64,000 nt of DNA from Escherichia coli (GCF_045037415.1 NZ_CP173438.1), one strand, 5' to 3'; positions 18,024-32,632 are shown, counted from the first letter of the stretch. Notes: generated by a model from the letters alone, not told the origin. Translations and numbers: made by a program.

Positions 18024-19757
18024 TTACATACGCTCTACTGTCTCAATACCCAGCGTATCCAGACCCAGCTTCAGCGTCTTCGCCGTCAGTTGTGCCAGTT
18101 TCAGACGGCTGTTACGCACTTCTTCGTTTTCTGCGCTGAGGATCGGGCAGTGCTCATAGAAGCCAGAGAACAGACCGGCCAGATCGTACAGGTAAGCACA
18201 CATCACATGCGGCGTGCCTTCACGGGCAACCACAGTGAGGGTTTCTTCAAACTGCAGCAGGCGAGCTGCCAGTTGCGCTTCACGATCTTCACGGATGATT
18301 ACCGGAGCTGCAGCCAGTTGCTCTTCGTTAATTTCTGCTTTACGGAACACGGACAATACACGCGTGTAAGCATACTGCATGTATGGCGCGGTATTACCCT
18401 CAAACGCCAGCATGTTGTCCCAGTCGAAGATGTAGTCCGTGGTGCGGTTTTTGGAGAGATCCGCATATTTCACCGCACCAATACCAACCGCGTTAGCCAG
18501 TTTTTCCAGCTCGTCGGCTGGCATATCCGGGTTCTTTTCTGCCACCAGACGACGTGCACGCTCCAGGGCTTCATCCAGCAGATCGGCCAGTTTCACCGTA
18601 CCGCCAGCGCGGGTTTTGAACGGTTTACCATCTTTGCCCAGCATCATGCCGAACATGTGGTGTTCCAGCGGTACGGATTCCGGTACATAGCCCGCTTTAC
18701 GGACGATCGCCCATGCCTGCATCAGGTGTTGATGCTGACGGGAATCGATGTAATACAGCACGCGATCGGCATGCAGTGTTTCATAACGATATTTCGCGCA
18801 GGCGATATCAGTGGTGGTGTAGAGATAGCCGCCATCTTTCTTCTGAATGATAACGCCCATCGGTTCGCCTTCCTTGTTTTTGAACTCATCAAGGAATACA
18901 ACGGTCGCGCCTTCACTTTCTACTGCCAGACCTTTGGCTTTCAGGTCCGCCACGATACCCGGCAGCATTGGGTTGTAGAGACTTTCACCCATGACGTCAT
19001 CGCGGGTCAACGTCACGTTCAGACGATCGTAGGTGATCTGGTTCTGCGTCATGGTGATGTCGACCAGTTTGCGCCACATCTCGCGGAAATATTCGTCACC
19101 GCTTTGCAGTTTTACCACGTAGTTACGTGCACGCTCGGCAAACTCTTCATCCTCGTCGTAATGCTTTTTCGCATCGCGGTAGAAACCTTCAAGGTCAGCC
19201 AGCTCCATTTCACCGGCGTTTTCCTGCTGCTGCTTTTCCAGCCATGCAATCAGCATACCGAACTGAGTGCCCCAGTCGCCGACGTGGTTTGCGCGAATCA
19301 CTTTGTGACCGAGGAACTCCAGAGTACGAACTGCTGCGTCACCAATAATGGTAGAGCGCAGGTGACCGACATGCATCTCTTTCGCCACGTTTGGCGCAGA
19401 GTAGTCAACCACAATGGTCTGTTTTTCTGGCGTAGCAACACCGAGACGATCGGACGCCAGCGCCTGCTGAACATGTTCAGCCAGGAATGCCGGATCAAGG
19501 AAAATGTTGATAAAGCCTGGACCGGCGATCTCAACTTTGCTGGCGATACCGTTAAGATCCAGATGAGTCAGCACCTGCTCTGCTAATTGTCGCGGTGCCA
19601 TACCCAGTTTTTTAGCAACTGCCATCATGCCGTTAGCCTGATAGTCGCCGAACTGAACTTTTGCTGACTGACGAACCTGCGGTTCGCAATCCGCAGGCGC
19701 GCCTGCCGCAATCATGGCCTGACGGACTTTTTCTGAGAGAAGAGCCTGAATATTCAC
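18024..19757 (-). CDS. argS: arginine--tRNA ligase
   Basis: 577-aa [22 protein letters not shown]... with the class I HVGH signature (EMHVGHLRS). Confidence 0.95.
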
Positions 19758-19972
19758 CGGAATACCTTACATTGATGAAGCGAGCAAAAATTACCCGCAC
19801 CAGTTAAAGAAATTAGGGCGGGAGTATACTGCAAATGGCTGTTTTCGTCAGCAACGTGCGCGTGGCGTATTGCCGTTTTCACTATTGCATCAGAAGCGGC
19901 GTGAAATCAGCGGTTGGTTGGCGCAGGGCAACAGGGTAAATTAACGCTTTTAATGAAAGACGAAGAATGATT

Positions 19973-20539
19973 ATGGCGAACTGGCAATCTATCGACGAGC
20001 TGCAGGATATTGCATCGGATTTACCGCGATTTACCCACGCATTAGATGAACTTTCCCGCCGTCTGGGGTTGGATATCACTCCGCTGACTGCCGATCACAT
20101 TTCTTTGCGTTGCCATCAAAACGTCACCGCTGAACGCTGGCGTCGCGGGTTTGAACAGTGCGGCGAGCTTTTGTCAGAAAATATGATCAATGGCAGACCG
20201 ATTTGTTTGTTTAAATTGCATGAACCGCTACAGGTTGCGCACTGGCAGTTTTCCATTGTGGAGCTACCGTGGCCCGGGGAAAAACGTTACCCGCACGAAG
20301 GTTGGGAACATATTGAAATCGTTCTACCGGGTGATCCAGAAACGCTGAATGCCCGTGCGCTGGCATTGCTTTCTGATGAAGGACTCAGCCTGCCGGGGAT
20401 CTCAGTTAAAACCAGTTCGCCAAAAGGTGAGCATGAACGATTACCGAATCCGACGCTGGCGGTCACCGATGGTAAAACAACCATTAAGTTTCATCCGTGG
20501 TCCATTGAAGAGATCGTTGCCAGCGAGCAGTCGGCGTAA
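19973..20539 (+). CDS. yecM: YecM (VOC-family protein of unknown function)
   Basis: ORF 19967..20539; MANWQSIDELQDIASDLPRF... matches YecM; divergent from argS. Confidence 0.85.
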   Translation: MANWQSIDELQDIASDLPRFTHALDELSRRLGLDITPLTADHISLRCHQNVTAERWRRGFEQCGELLSENMINGRPICLFKLHEPLQVAHWQFSIVELPWPGEKRYPHEGWEHIEIVLPGDPETLNARALALLSDEGLSLPGISVKTSSPKGEHERLPNPTLAVTDGKTTIKFHPWSIEEIVASEQSA

Positions 20540-20543
20540 CTAA

Positions 20544-21299
<756 letters not shown>

Positions 21300-21344
21300 T
21301 TTTTACCGTTGCATCATGTCGCCCAATATGATGCTTGCTCGTAC

Positions 21345-21378
21345 CAGGCCCCTGCAATTTCAACAGGGGCCTTTTTTT
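21345..21378 (+). terminator. intrinsic terminator after cutC
   Basis: Hairpin caggcccctgcaatttcaacaggggcc followed by a T7 run. Confidence 0.45.
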
Positions 21379-21686
21379 ATCCCTGAGTAGTATAAAAAAC
21401 GAACGATTGCCGTGATCTGTTGAGCGGGTGACAGTGCGCATAGCATTGTGCTAGAAATATTCTATATATTCACATTCATTATGTGATTTAAATTGCCAAA
21501 ACTGACAAATATATATTCTAAATAACAACTGGGTTATTCCTTAGCAATTAATGATTACATTGTAATAAATCATATTCTTTATCGATTATTTCAGGCAGTG
21601 TTGTGCCGAATTAAGCAAGTAGTCAATTCGTTGTATATTTATTTATACAATGGTATCGGTGTCCTGGAATTTAATTAGAGGAATCT

Positions 21687-22787
21687 ATGCGAGGGAAAAA
21701 ACGCATTGGGTTATTGTTTTTGCTGATAGCGGTTGTGGTTGGTGGCGGCGGGTTATTGCTGGCGCAAAAAGCCTTACATAAAACGTCGGATACTGCATTT
21801 TGCCTTTCCTGCCACTCGATGAGTAAACCTTTTGAGGAATATCAGGGAACTGTCCACTTTTCGAACCAAAAAGGTATACGCGCGGAATGTGCCGATTGCC
21901 ATATTCCAAAGTCAGGGATGGATTATTTATTTGCTAAATTAAAAGCATCTAAAGATATTTATCATGAATTTGTTAGCGGCAAAATAGACAGTGACGATAA
22001 GTTCGAAGCTCATCGCCAGGAAATGGCCGAAACAGTATGGAAAGAATTAAAAGCAACTGACTCTGCAACCTGCCGTAGTTGCCATTCTTTTGATGCCATG
22101 GATATTTCCTCGCAAAGTGAATCTGCGCAGAAAATGCATAATAAAGCGCAAAAGGACGGCGAAACTTGTATCGATTGCCATAAAGGCATTGCCCATTTCC
22201 CGCCAGAAATAAAAATGGATGACAACGCGGCGCATGAGCTGGAAAGTCAGGCCGCTACTTCAGTTACTAATGGCGCACATATTTATCCTTTCAAAACTTC
22301 TCGCATAGGCGACCTGGCTACCGTGACTCCTGGTACCGATCTCACCGTCGTTGATGTCAGTGGTAAACAGCCAATTGTTCGGTTGCAGGGTTATCAAATG
22401 CAGGGCAGTGAAAACACGCTCTACCTGGCGGCAGGTCAACGGCTGGCGCTCGCCACATTAAGTGAAGAAGGTATCAAGGCGCTAACGGTAAACGGGGAAT
22501 GGCAGGCTGACGAATACGGCAATCAATGGCGTCAGGCGTCTTTACAGGGTGCGCTAACCGATTCCGCATTAGCGGACCGTAAACCACTATGGCAATACGC
22601 TGAAAAACTTGACGATACCTATTGCGCTGGCTGCCATGCCCCTATTGCCGCCGACCATTACACCGTCAATGCATGGCCGTCCATTGCCAAAGGAATGGGT
22701 GCGCGAACCAGCATGAGCGAAAACGAACTGGACATTTTGACGCGGTACTTCCAGTACAACGCCAAAGATATTACCGAGAAACAGTGA
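21687..22787 (+). CDS. torY: pentaheme c-type cytochrome TorY (NapC/NirT family)
   Basis: 366-aa ORF with five CxxCH haem-binding motifs (CLSCH, CADCH, CRSCH, CIDCH, CAGCH) and an N-terminal membrane anchor. Confidence 0.92.
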   Translation: MRGKKRIGLLFLLIAVVVGGGGLLLAQKALHKTSDTAFCLSCHSMSKPFEEYQGTVHFSNQKGIRAECADCHIPKSGMDYLFAKLKASKDIYHEFVSGKIDSDDKFEAHRQEMAETVWKELKATDSATCRSCHSFDAMDISSQSESAQKMHNKAQKDGETCIDCHKGIAHFPPEIKMDDNAAHELESQAATSVTNGAHIYPFKTSRIGDLATVTPGTDLTVVDVSGKQPIVRLQGYQMQGSENTLYLAAGQRLALATLSEEGIKALTVNGEWQADEYGNQWRQASLQGALTDSALADRKPLWQYAEKLDDTYCAGCHAPIAADHYTVNAWPSIAKGMGARTSMSENELDILTRYFQYNAKDITEKQ

Positions 22788-22811
22788 TCCTCGTTGATCA
22801 GGGAGGAAGTT

Positions 22812-25241
22812 ATGACATTAACAAGACGCGAATTTATTAAACATAGCGGTATTGCCGCTGGGGCGCTGGTGGTGACATCGGCTGCACCGTTACCTGCATG
22901 GGCAGAAGAGAAGGGCGGCAAAATTCTCACCGCGGGACGTTGGGGAGCGATGAACGTAGAAGTGAAGGACGGCAAGATTGTTTCTTCGACAGGCGCGCTG
23001 GCGAAGACCATACCGAACTCCTTACAGTCTACGGCGGCGGATCAGGTACACACCACGGCGCGTATTCAGCATCCGATGGTGAGAAAAAGCTATCTCGATA
23101 ATCCACTGCAACCGGCGAAAGGTCGTGGCGAAGATACCTATGTACAGGTGAGCTGGGAACAAGCATTAAAACTGATTCATGAGCAACACGATCATATTCG
23201 TAAAGCTAACGGACCATCGGCCATTTTTGCCGGATCTTACGGCTGGCGTTCTTCTGGCGTGTTGCATAAAGCGCAAACCTTACTGCAACGTTATATGAAC
23301 CTGGCGGGCGGTTATTCCGGGCATAGCGGCGATTATTCAACCGGAGCGGCACAGGTGATCATGCCGCATGTGGTCGGTTCTGTGGAGGTCTATGAACAGC
23401 AGACTTCCTGGCCGCTGATTCTGGAAAACAGTCAGGTGGTGGTGTTGTGGGGCATGAACCCGCTGAATACCTTAAAAATTGCCTGGAGCAGTACCGATGA
23501 ACAAGGGCTGGAATACTTCCATCAGCTGAAAAAATCTGGCAAACCAGTGATTGCCATTGATCCTATCCGCTCCGAAACCATCGAATTCTTTGGCGATAAT
23601 GCCACCTGGATCGCACCGAATATGGGCACCGACGTGGCACTGATGTTAGGGATTGCGCATACCCTGATGACACAAGGCAAACACGATAAAGTGTTCCTTG
23701 AAAAATACACTACCGGGTATCCGCAGTTTGAAGAGTATCTGACAGGCAAGAACGATAATACGCCGAAGAGTGCGGCCTGGGCGGCGGAAATTACTGGCGT
23801 GCCGGAAGCGCAGATTGTGAAACTTGCAGAACTGATGGCGGCAAATCGCACAATGCTGATGGCAGGCTGGGGAATTCAGCGCCAGCAATACGGTGAACAG
23901 AAACACTGGATGCTGGTGACGCTGGCGGCGATGTTAGGGCAAATTGGTACACCGGGCGGCGGGTTTGGTTTCTCTTATCATTACTCCAACGGTGGCAACC
24001 CGACGCGTGTTGGCGGCGTGCTACCAGAAATGTCTGCGGCGATTGCCGGACAGGCCAGCGAGGCCGCTGATGATGGCGGAATGACGGCGATTCCTGTTGC
24101 CCGTATCGTCGATGCGCTGGAAAATCCTGGCGGCAAATATCAGCATAACGGTAAAGAACAAACGTATCCGAATATCAAAATGATCTGGTGGGCGGGTGGC
24201 GGTAACTTTACCCATCACCAGGATACTAATCGTCTGATTAAAGCATGGCAGAAACCGGAGATGATCGTCGTTTCTGAATGCTACTGGACCGCAGCAGCCA
24301 AACACGCAGATATCGTATTACCGATCACCACATCGTTTGAGCGCAATGACCTGACGATGACCGGTGATTACAGCAACCAGCATATTGTGCCGATGAAGCA
24401 GGCTGTCGCTCCGCAATTTGAAGCGCGCAACGATTTTGACGTGTTTGCCGATCTTGCTGAATTACTCAAACCTGGCGGAAAAGAGATCTATACCGAAGGT
24501 AAAGATGAAATGGCGTGGCTGAAATTTTTCTATGATGCCGCTCAGAAAGGTGCCCGTGCGCAACGCGTGACGATGCCGATGTTTAATGCCTTCTGGCAGC
24601 AAAATAAACTGATCGAAATGCGCCGCAGCGAGAAGAACGAACAGTACATTCGTTATGGTGATTTCCGCGCCGATCCGGTGAAAAATGCGCTGGGTACGCC
24701 AAGCGGCAAAATTGAGATTTACTCCAGAACGCTGGAAAAATTTGGCTATAAGGATTGCCCGGCACACCCAACCTGGCTTGCGCCTGATGAGTGGAAGGGT
24801 ACCGCCGACGAGAAGCAGTTGCAGCTTCTGACCGCACATCCGGCACACCGTTTACACAGTCAGCTTAACTATGCGGAACTGCGTAAAAAATATGCGGTTG
24901 CCGATCGTGAACCAATCACTATTCACACCGAAGATGCTGCTCGCTTTGGTATTGCGAATGGCGATCTGGTGCGTGTCTGGAACAAACGTGGTCAGATTCT
25001 GACAGGCGCGGTGGTGACTGACGGGATCAAAAAAGGCGTGGTATGCGTGCATGAAGGTGCATGGCCAGATCTGGAAAATGGCTTGTGTAAAAACGGTAGT
25101 GCGAACGTGTTAACGGCGGATATCCCCAGCTCGCAGCTGGCGAATGCCTGTGCCGGTAACTCTGCGCTGGTGTATATCGAAAAATATACGGGCAATGCGC
25201 TGAAGTTAACGGCGTTTGATCAGCCAGCTATTCAGGCATAA
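22812..25241 (+). CDS. torZ: TMAO/N-oxide reductase TorZ (BisZ), molybdopterin oxidoreductase
   Basis: ORF 22794..25241; start placed at [18 protein letters not shown]... (twin-arginine signal RREFIK); about 809 aa, molybdopterin oxidoreductase family. Confidence 0.92.
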   Translation: MTLTRREFIKHSGIAAGALVVTSAAPLPAWAEEKGGKILTAGRWGAMNVEVKDGKIVSSTGALAKTIPNSLQSTAADQVHTTARIQHPMVRKSYLDNPLQPAKGRGEDTYVQVSWEQALKLIHEQHDHIRKANGPSAIFAGSYGWRSSGVLHKAQTLLQRYMNLAGGYSGHSGDYSTGAAQVIMPHVVGSVEVYEQQTSWPLILENSQVVVLWGMNPLNTLKIAWSSTDEQGLEYFHQLKKSGKPVIAIDPIRSETIEFFGDNATWIAPNMGTDVALMLGIAHTLMTQGKHDKVFLEKYTTGYPQFEEYLTGKNDNTPKSAAWAAEITGVPEAQIVKLAELMAANRTMLMAGWGIQRQQYGEQKHWMLVTLAAMLGQIGTPGGGFGFSYHYSNGGNPTRVGGVLPEMSAAIAGQASEAADDGGMTAIPVARIVDALENPGGKYQHNGKEQTYPNIKMIWWAGGGNFTHHQDTNRLIKAWQKPEMIVVSECYWTAAAKHADIVLPITTSFERNDLTMTGDYSNQHIVPMKQAVAPQFEARNDFDVFADLAELLKPGGKEIYTEGKDEMAWLKFFYDAAQKGARAQRVTMPMFNAFWQQNKLIEMRRSEKNEQYIRYGDFRADPVKNALGTPSGKIEIYSRTLEKFGYKDCPAHPTWLAPDEWKGTADEKQLQLLTAHPAHRLHSQLNYAELRKKYAVADREPITIHTEDAARFGIANGDLVRVWNKRGQILTGAVVTDGIKKGVVCVHEGAWPDLENGLCKNGSANVLTADIPSSQLANACAGNSALVYIEKYTGNALKLTAFDQPAIQA

Positions 25242-25248
25242 GACGTAA

Positions 25249-25275
25249 AAAGCGCCCGGAAACGGGCGCTAAATT
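25249..25275. terminator. bidirectional terminator between convergent torZ and cmoB
   Basis: Hairpin agcgcccggaaacgggcgct with a flanking A-run and T-run. Confidence 0.5.
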
Positions 25276-25276
25276 T

Positions 25277-27424
<2,148 letters not shown>

Positions 27425-27476
27425 ACAAACTCCCTTTAAAATGGCCGATGGCACCTGTCTATGATAGGTGGCAAAT

Positions 27477-28217
27477 TCAGAAAAGAGAAGATTGCTGTGG
27501 AATAGCCGGAACTGCTCCGATCTCTGGAAGCGTTTTACGTAAGTCTTCCCACAGGGTATGTACCAGTTCCGGGGCCTGGGCAATATCTGGCGTATGTAAA
27601 AAAAGATAAGGCGTAGTGGTCTGATGCCACTGCGCTAATTTTTGTAACCAGACCTGAAATAATTCCCGGTTTTGCGTCATATCATCACTACCGATAAAAC
27701 GGATCAGTGGATTTTTCGCCGTCAGTACAGCATGTACCGGAACTTTAGGTTTTTTTCGTTGAGCGTAGCGAATAGCTTCACTGTGTGGACGTGCTGCATG
27801 AACCGGGCGGCTGTCTAAAATCACCCGATTAACGCCGCGCTGATGTAAACCGCGATTAAGCGTTTGTTCCTCTTCCCCTTTGGCGAAAAACTGTGGATGG
27901 CGGACTTCCACACCATAATTAAATTCGCCGGGAAGAGAATCGAGAAAATGCCAAAGCGCAGGCAGCTCCCGTGGGCCGAATGTGGCAGGCAGTTGCAGCC
28001 AGTATTGTCCAATGCGCGGAGCCAACGGTGACATGCGGGTCAAAAATTCAGTCACTAAATCATCGCAATGCCGTAATGCTGCCTGATGCGAAATAGTCGC
28101 CGGAAACTTAAAACAGAAGCGGAAGTCATCTGTGGTCTGCTCACGCCAGCGCAGGACAACCTCGGGTTTCGGCAGGGCATAAAGCGTGGTGTTACCCTCC
28201 ACACAGTTAACATGACG
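27477..28217 (-). pseudogene. yecE: yecE (DUF72 family) lacking about 29 N-terminal codons; disrupted by prophage integration
   Basis: Frame matches YecE from ...RH(V)NCVEGNTTLYALPKPEV to the C-terminus ...AIPQQSSLF; upstream of about 28217 the frame continues into phage sequence with no ATG and an in-frame stop at 28260-28262. Confidence 0.75.
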
Positions 28218-28228
28218 GGTATTAAGGA

Positions 28229-29542
28229 TTAACTTACTGATTTTAATAAGCCTCTGGTGTCACTTTGGTGACTATGGGGCATCATTGGGACATAATCTGT
28301 CAGCTTCTGATTCAGCATTGCGATCTGTTCTGCATTGCTGTCAGTCATCCATGCTCCGTATACATTGAATACCATCTGGGCACTTGCATGGCCCATCTGG
28401 CTGGCAATGAAGCTTGGGTTTGCTCCGGCAGATAATGACCAGCACGCATAAGTGTGTCGTGACTGGTATGCCTTTCGATGCCTGATCCCTGCACGCTTAA
28501 TGGCTGTTTCCCATGAGTCACCTACAGAATCGACTTTGTAGACAAAACCTACCTGTTCGCTTTTTCTAACCACTTGAGGGTTAAACACGAAAGTACATTC
28601 ATGGTTCACTGAACGTCCATATTCACGTAGTTGCACCTTGATGTTGTACTGCTTACCCAGTCTTGTCATTTCAGCCTGATTTTTCAGGACACTGATAGCG
28701 GGCTGGATAAGGTGCACAACCCTGTTTGTGCTTGCTTCAGTTTTCGGTAGAGTGAACTCACCAAGTTTCGTATAATTGCGCCTGATGGTAATTGTTCCTG
28801 CCTTCAGATCGATATCTTCCCAGGCCAGGGAAACCAGTTCACCGTGACGCATTCCTGTGTACACAGCCAATGACCACAGGTTTTTCGTCTGCTGATGTCG
28901 GCAAGCATCTATCAGGCGAATAAATTCGTCACGAGTTAGCGGATCTGGCTCTGCCCTGGCTCTTTTAAGAGGCTTAATTCCCTGGAAGGGATTTGCTTCT
29001 AAGTAACCGTGATCTGCAGCAAACTGAAACATTCCAGCGATTGTCGTCATGTAATAATTTACAGTAACGACGCTCCGTCCTTTTGCTGCTGCTTTGTTTT
29101 TCGTTGAATTCTGATACCCGGTAAGCAAATCTTTCCTGATATACAGCAATTCCTCTTTGGTTACCGATGACACCAGTCTACTGCCTCCAATTTTCGGAAC
29201 CATCGTTCTTGCAACGGATTCATAGCGATTGAATGCATTTGCAGAGATTTCCATTCGTTTCAGATCCAGCCACTTTTCTTCAAGTTCCTTCACCGTAATT
29301 TCTTTTTTACTTACCCCAAAAGCCTGAAGGTTGGGGGAGTCAGGGAACTGTGCAGCATAATCAAAGCTTCCTGTGCGGATGGCAAAACATACTGATGTCC
29401 GCAGTTCCCCGGCGATCTTCCTGTTCTTGGCAGTGTCAGGGACACCAAGATTTTCCCTGACACGTTTACCTTTAAAATTAAACCAGATGCGTAATGTGCC
29501 GCCGTGGTTTTCGACGCCTGTTGGATATTTGACTTTATCCAT
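28229..29542 (-). CDS. int: phage integrase (tyrosine recombinase)
   Basis: 437-aa ORF; C-terminal catalytic region with R...HxxR...Y arrangement (HTYACWS...GHASAQMVFNVYGAWM) typical of lambdoid integrases; abuts the attL junction. Confidence 0.9.
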   Translation of the reverse strand: MDKVKYPTGVENHGGTLRIWFNFKGKRVRENLGVPDTAKNRKIAGELRTSVCFAIRTGSFDYAAQFPDSPNLQAFGVSKKEITVKELEEKWLDLKRMEISANAFNRYESVARTMVPKIGGSRLVSSVTKEELLYIRKDLLTGYQNSTKNKAAAKGRSVVTVNYYMTTIAGMFQFAADHGYLEANPFQGIKPLKRARAEPDPLTRDEFIRLIDACRHQQTKNLWSLAVYTGMRHGELVSLAWEDIDLKAGTITIRRNYTKLGEFTLPKTEASTNRVVHLIQPAISVLKNQAEMTRLGKQYNIKVQLREYGRSVNHECTFVFNPQVVRKSEQVGFVYKVDSVGDSWETAIKRAGIRHRKAYQSRHTYACWSLSAGANPSFIASQMGHASAQMVFNVYGAWMTDSNAEQIAMLNQKLTDYVPMMPHSHQSDTRGLLKSVS

Positions 29543-29597
29543 CGATACCTCCAGACGCCCAAGAGCGATACGAGCTTACATATTTCATGATATTAAA

Positions 29598-29834
29598 TCA
29601 CCTGGGTTGTTTGTTTTTCATTGAGGCGACCCAGGCATCTATTGCTTTTCTGTTATACATACATTCACTGGAAGGCTTTGGATTACCGTCTGGTGATACG
29701 TGAATATACTCTCTTCCAACCATCCAGCATTCTTTCCGGGCCCGAAGAATTGTGCCTGGTTTGAGCCCGGTAATTGCGATAAGAACGCTTTCACAAACCC
29801 ATTCATTGGGAGCCAGTTGAATCACATTGCCCAT
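29598..29834 (-). CDS. excisionase-like DNA-binding protein
   Basis: 78-aa ORF immediately upstream of int on the same strand; weak resemblance to lambda Xis (GREY..H..S region); assignment positional. Confidence 0.55.
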   Translation of the reverse strand: MGNVIQLAPNEWVCESVLIAITGLKPGTILRARKECWMVGREYIHVSPDGNPKPSSECMYNRKAIDAWVASMKNKQPR

Positions 29835-29992
29835 GTATTACCTCACACAACACTCAGCCCACGGCAGTGGCAACACACTTCAAACATTCGCTTCACAACT
29901 TCACGACAGTAGAAGCCGTCAACATCTCGCGTCAGGTCATAGCGATTGCCGTAACGCTGGTGGACCCATCGTTCAAATGCTTTATTCATTCT

Positions 29993-30235
29993 TTACTTCC
30001 TTTTTATGGCTCGTAATTTTTTCAGGTGCTTTTCCTGCTCAGTGTCCGCGAGAATTTTGCGGTACTCCTGGTGGTCAATATGTTCGAACAGGCAGTTTAA
30101 CTCACCAATGCGTACCCGCCCGGATCGTCCGTCCATCCGTCGAAAGAACACTGAGTGCTCAGTGATGCGAGTAATCACCACGGGGTATCCGGCTCTGTCC
30201 GTGTATATCTGACCGCGTTGAATCAAAGCGAACAT
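29993..30235 (-). CDS. hypothetical phage protein
   Basis: ORF 29993..30289; start placed at MFALIQRGQ... with a GGGGA Shine-Dalgarno upstream. Confidence 0.35.
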   Translation of the reverse strand: MFALIQRGQIYTDRAGYPVVITRITEHSVFFRRMDGRSGRVRIGELNCLFEHIDHQEYRKILADTEQEKHLKKLRAIKRK

Positions 30236-30319
30236 GTGGTTATCCCCAGCGGCAAATCGAATACACCACCAGCGCCACCGCCATCGCAATTCCTACCGTT
30301 GTTAATGCTTCAGGCCAGG

Positions 30320-30664
30320 TCATCGTAAAATATCCTCCACGCTTATCAGTCCGTTCCGCTCCAGATAACTCATCGCCTTATCCGGTAATTTGCAGTCTGG
30401 CTTCGCTTTCCTCAGTTGCCAGGTTAACTGCTTTACCAGCATGGTTAACTCATCGACCAGACGCTGATATCCCACTGGTTTGTATTCATGCAATTTACCG
30501 GCTGGCTCTGCTACCAGCGATACCAGTGCGATTTCCAGAACAGCAATATCCATCTTATATGTGCGGATGATGTCATGGTCGATTGTGCCCGGTATGCACA
30601 GTCTCTGTGCTTCAATAGTCTCCTCTGCGTGAGCTATTAACTGCTCTCTGGTAAAAGTCGTCAT
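30320..30664 (-). CDS. hypothetical phage protein (carries an ...[17 protein letters not shown]... motif)
   Basis: 114-aa ORF; its ATG overlaps the stop of the upstream small ORF (ATGA). Confidence 0.45.
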   Translation of the reverse strand: MTTFTREQLIAHAEETIEAQRLCIPGTIDHDIIRTYKMDIAVLEIALVSLVAEPAGKLHEYKPVGYQRLVDELTMLVKQLTWQLRKAKPDCKLPDKAMSYLERNGLISVEDILR

Positions 30665-30828
30665 GCCGTAGCCCCTTCTTGATATTTTTCAAACCAGAAC
30701 ACAACCGGCTCTGCTTCCAGCGATACCAGCGCAATCCGTGCCAGTTCCATTTGTTCACCACGGGTAAGCCCGTTTTCAAGCGGATTTTTAATGAACAATT
30801 CAATACGTTCTTTGGTAATAGTGGTCAT
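30661..30828 (-). CDS. small hypothetical protein, paralog of the N-terminus of the 31104..31514 product
   Basis: 55-aa ORF below the ORF-track size cutoff, [44 protein letters not shown]...; near-identical to [44 protein letters not shown]... Confidence 0.35.
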   Translation of the reverse strand: MTTITKERIELFIKNPLENGLTRGEQMELARIALVSLEAEPVVFWFEKYQEGATA

Positions 30829-30838
30829 GTGTTACTCC

Positions 30839-31102
30839 TTAACCCGCAGTGCTTTCAACTGATGAGGGGAACAAAATCTTTTCATCAAACCCTGCATTCA
30901 TATCATGGACAGCAACACACCAATCCATTGACGAACGATTATCAAGAGCCTCCATGATTTCATCCATGCGGCGCAGGTCATACAGGTAAATGCTTTTATC
31001 GCCAATGGTGTAAAAACCAATTTTTTTCGGTGATGGGCAGCGATCAAGAACGTCCTGTAATTCGTTCAACCATGCCCGTTCTTTTTTTGTTAAAGTTGCC
31101 AT
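30839..31102 (-). CDS. hypothetical phage protein
   Basis: ORF 30839..31213; start placed at MATLTKKERAWLNELQ... behind a strong AAGGAGAG Shine-Dalgarno. Confidence 0.4.
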   Translation of the reverse strand: MATLTKKERAWLNELQDVLDRCPSPKKIGFYTIGDKSIYLYDLRRMDEIMEALDNRSSMDWCVAVHDMNAGFDEKILFPSSVESTAG

Positions 31103-31103
31103 A

Positions 31104-31514
31104 TCACTCTCCTTTCCCATGAAGCATAGCGGCGCGGCAGGCGTTCCAGCCTGTAGCGTATGCAGCCGCTTTGCTGCTGCCTTCAACTGGCGCATCCTGC
31201 CAATACATTTCATCCGGCACTACCGGCGCTGGCAAGGCAGCGTGATAGTAGAGTGGCATAGTTTTGTACAGTGGTTCGCCAGGACTTCCGTCAACCTGAT
31301 TCCATTCTTCAACCCAGGCATCAACAACCGCTTTGCTGGTTGATACATGTTCTTCTGAATCTACATTTTGTCCTGATATACAGAACATAACTGCCTCTGC
31401 TTCCAGCGATGCCAGAGCAATTCGTGCCAGTTCCATTTGTTCGCCACGAGTAAGTCCGTTATCAAGCGGATTTTTAATGAATAATTTGATACGTTCTTTG
31501 GTTATAGCGTTCAT
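31104..31514 (-). CDS. hypothetical phage protein (N-terminal paralog motif)
   Basis: ORF 31104..31556; start placed at MNAITKERIKLF... behind an AAGGAGAG Shine-Dalgarno. Confidence 0.45.
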   Translation of the reverse strand: MNAITKERIKLFIKNPLDNGLTRGEQMELARIALASLEAEAVMFCISGQNVDSEEHVSTSKAVVDAWVEEWNQVDGSPGEPLYKTMPLYYHAALPAPVVPDEMYWQDAPVEGSSKAAAYATGWNACRAAMLHGKGE

Positions 31515-31515
31515 C

Positions 31516-32331
31516 TCACTCTCCTTTGATGCGAATGCCAGTAGCGCGGATTGCATCGATGACTTCAGAAACTTTGTATGCCATTACCGTTTGGTAATCA
31601 TCGTGAAAATCTGTTCGATGAAGCATGCTGCTACGTTCCGGGAGCGATATTTCCCGAGCATCCAGTTCCTTAACGCGCTCCTCCAGTTCGTAGACCCTGC
31701 ATTGTTCTCTATCATCAATCAGATATAACCCAAGACATTCGCTTTCTACCCAACCGCCAAAATCATGATCGTAACGCTCACATGAAAACTCACCGTCACC
31801 GTCCTTTGTTGGAATGGTGTAACTATCTAATGGGCCACCATATGTCGGCACATTTCCCAATGTTGGATGCTCAATCCACATGAAAAATGCACGTCCGGTT
31901 ATTGGGCAAATATCTGGCCGCCATTGGTTACGAACAGCCTTGGTTTCGGATAATTCTTCAGCGTGTTGTTTTACTTCCTCAAGCTCAACTCTCAGCTTCC
32001 CAACCGTAAGAGCAATATCCTCGTTCTTCTGGTCGCGGCGTTTGATGTATTGCTGGTTTCTTTCCAGCTCATCCAGCAGCGCCAAGACGGTAGCCGGATT
32101 GGCTGCAGCGATGAATTCAGCATTGGCCTGCTGTTCCATTTGGAAATCTTCATCGAAACCGCTTTCAGGATGCGCTCCTTCAATTCTGCAAATGGGAATA
32201 TATCCAGCAGCCTCGCGATGAATTAGCGCATCATCACCATCAAATCGGCCCTCTCCATATTCGAGCGACCACTCACCACACGTTGCTTTCTCTGCCTTTT
32301 CACGCAGTGCCTGATAGTCAATCTTGCTCAC
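31516..32331 (-). CDS. Ead/Ea22-like early protein
   Basis: 271-aa ORF MSKIDYQALREKAEKATCGEW... resembling the recalled Ead/Ea22-like family common in lambdoid prophages; memory-based. Confidence 0.5.
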   Translation of the reverse strand: MSKIDYQALREKAEKATCGEWSLEYGEGRFDGDDALIHREAAGYIPICRIEGAHPESGFDEDFQMEQQANAEFIAAANPATVLALLDELERNQQYIKRRDQKNEDIALTVGKLRVELEEVKQHAEELSETKAVRNQWRPDICPITGRAFFMWIEHPTLGNVPTYGGPLDSYTIPTKDGDGEFSCERYDHDFGGWVESECLGLYLIDDREQCRVYELEERVKELDAREISLPERSSMLHRTDFHDDYQTVMAYKVSEVIDAIRATGIRIKGE

Positions 32332-32632
32332 TGGTTGCCTCCTTTGCCGGGATTTCTAACTTTTGAGTGGTTGTATCAAATTCAAACAACTTAACCACGT
32401 CATCAAACAGGACATAATCACCATCAGGATCTTCAGTCATATCTGCGCCACAATCCTGACCGCACGAGTCGCAACCATCCATATCAAGCTCGTATCGCTT
32501 CAGGTTTGCGATATTTGATAAATTCAGCGCCAGTACAGCCAGGTCATAAACCTCTTCGGCAGTGACATCGCTGTTCAGTCCCATTTCATGGCGATATATG
32601 ATTTTTTCTACTCGTTGTTTTGTGATCGTCAT
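32318..32632 (-). CDS. hypothetical phage protein
   Basis: ORF 32318..32656; start placed at MTITKQRVEKIIYRHEMG... Confidence 0.35.
   Translation of the reverse strand: MTITKQRVEKIIYRHEMGLNSDVTAEEVYDLAVLALNLSNIANLKRYELDMDGCDSCGQDCGADMTEDPDGDYVLFDDVVKLFEFDTTTQKLEIPAKEATSEQD

Noticed and set aside
18090-19586. 498-aa + strand ORF overlapping argS
   Set aside because: It is antisense to a confidently identified argS (HVGH motif, full-length product) and has low-complexity, stop-avoiding composition with no recognisable motifs; treated as a spurious antisense ORF.
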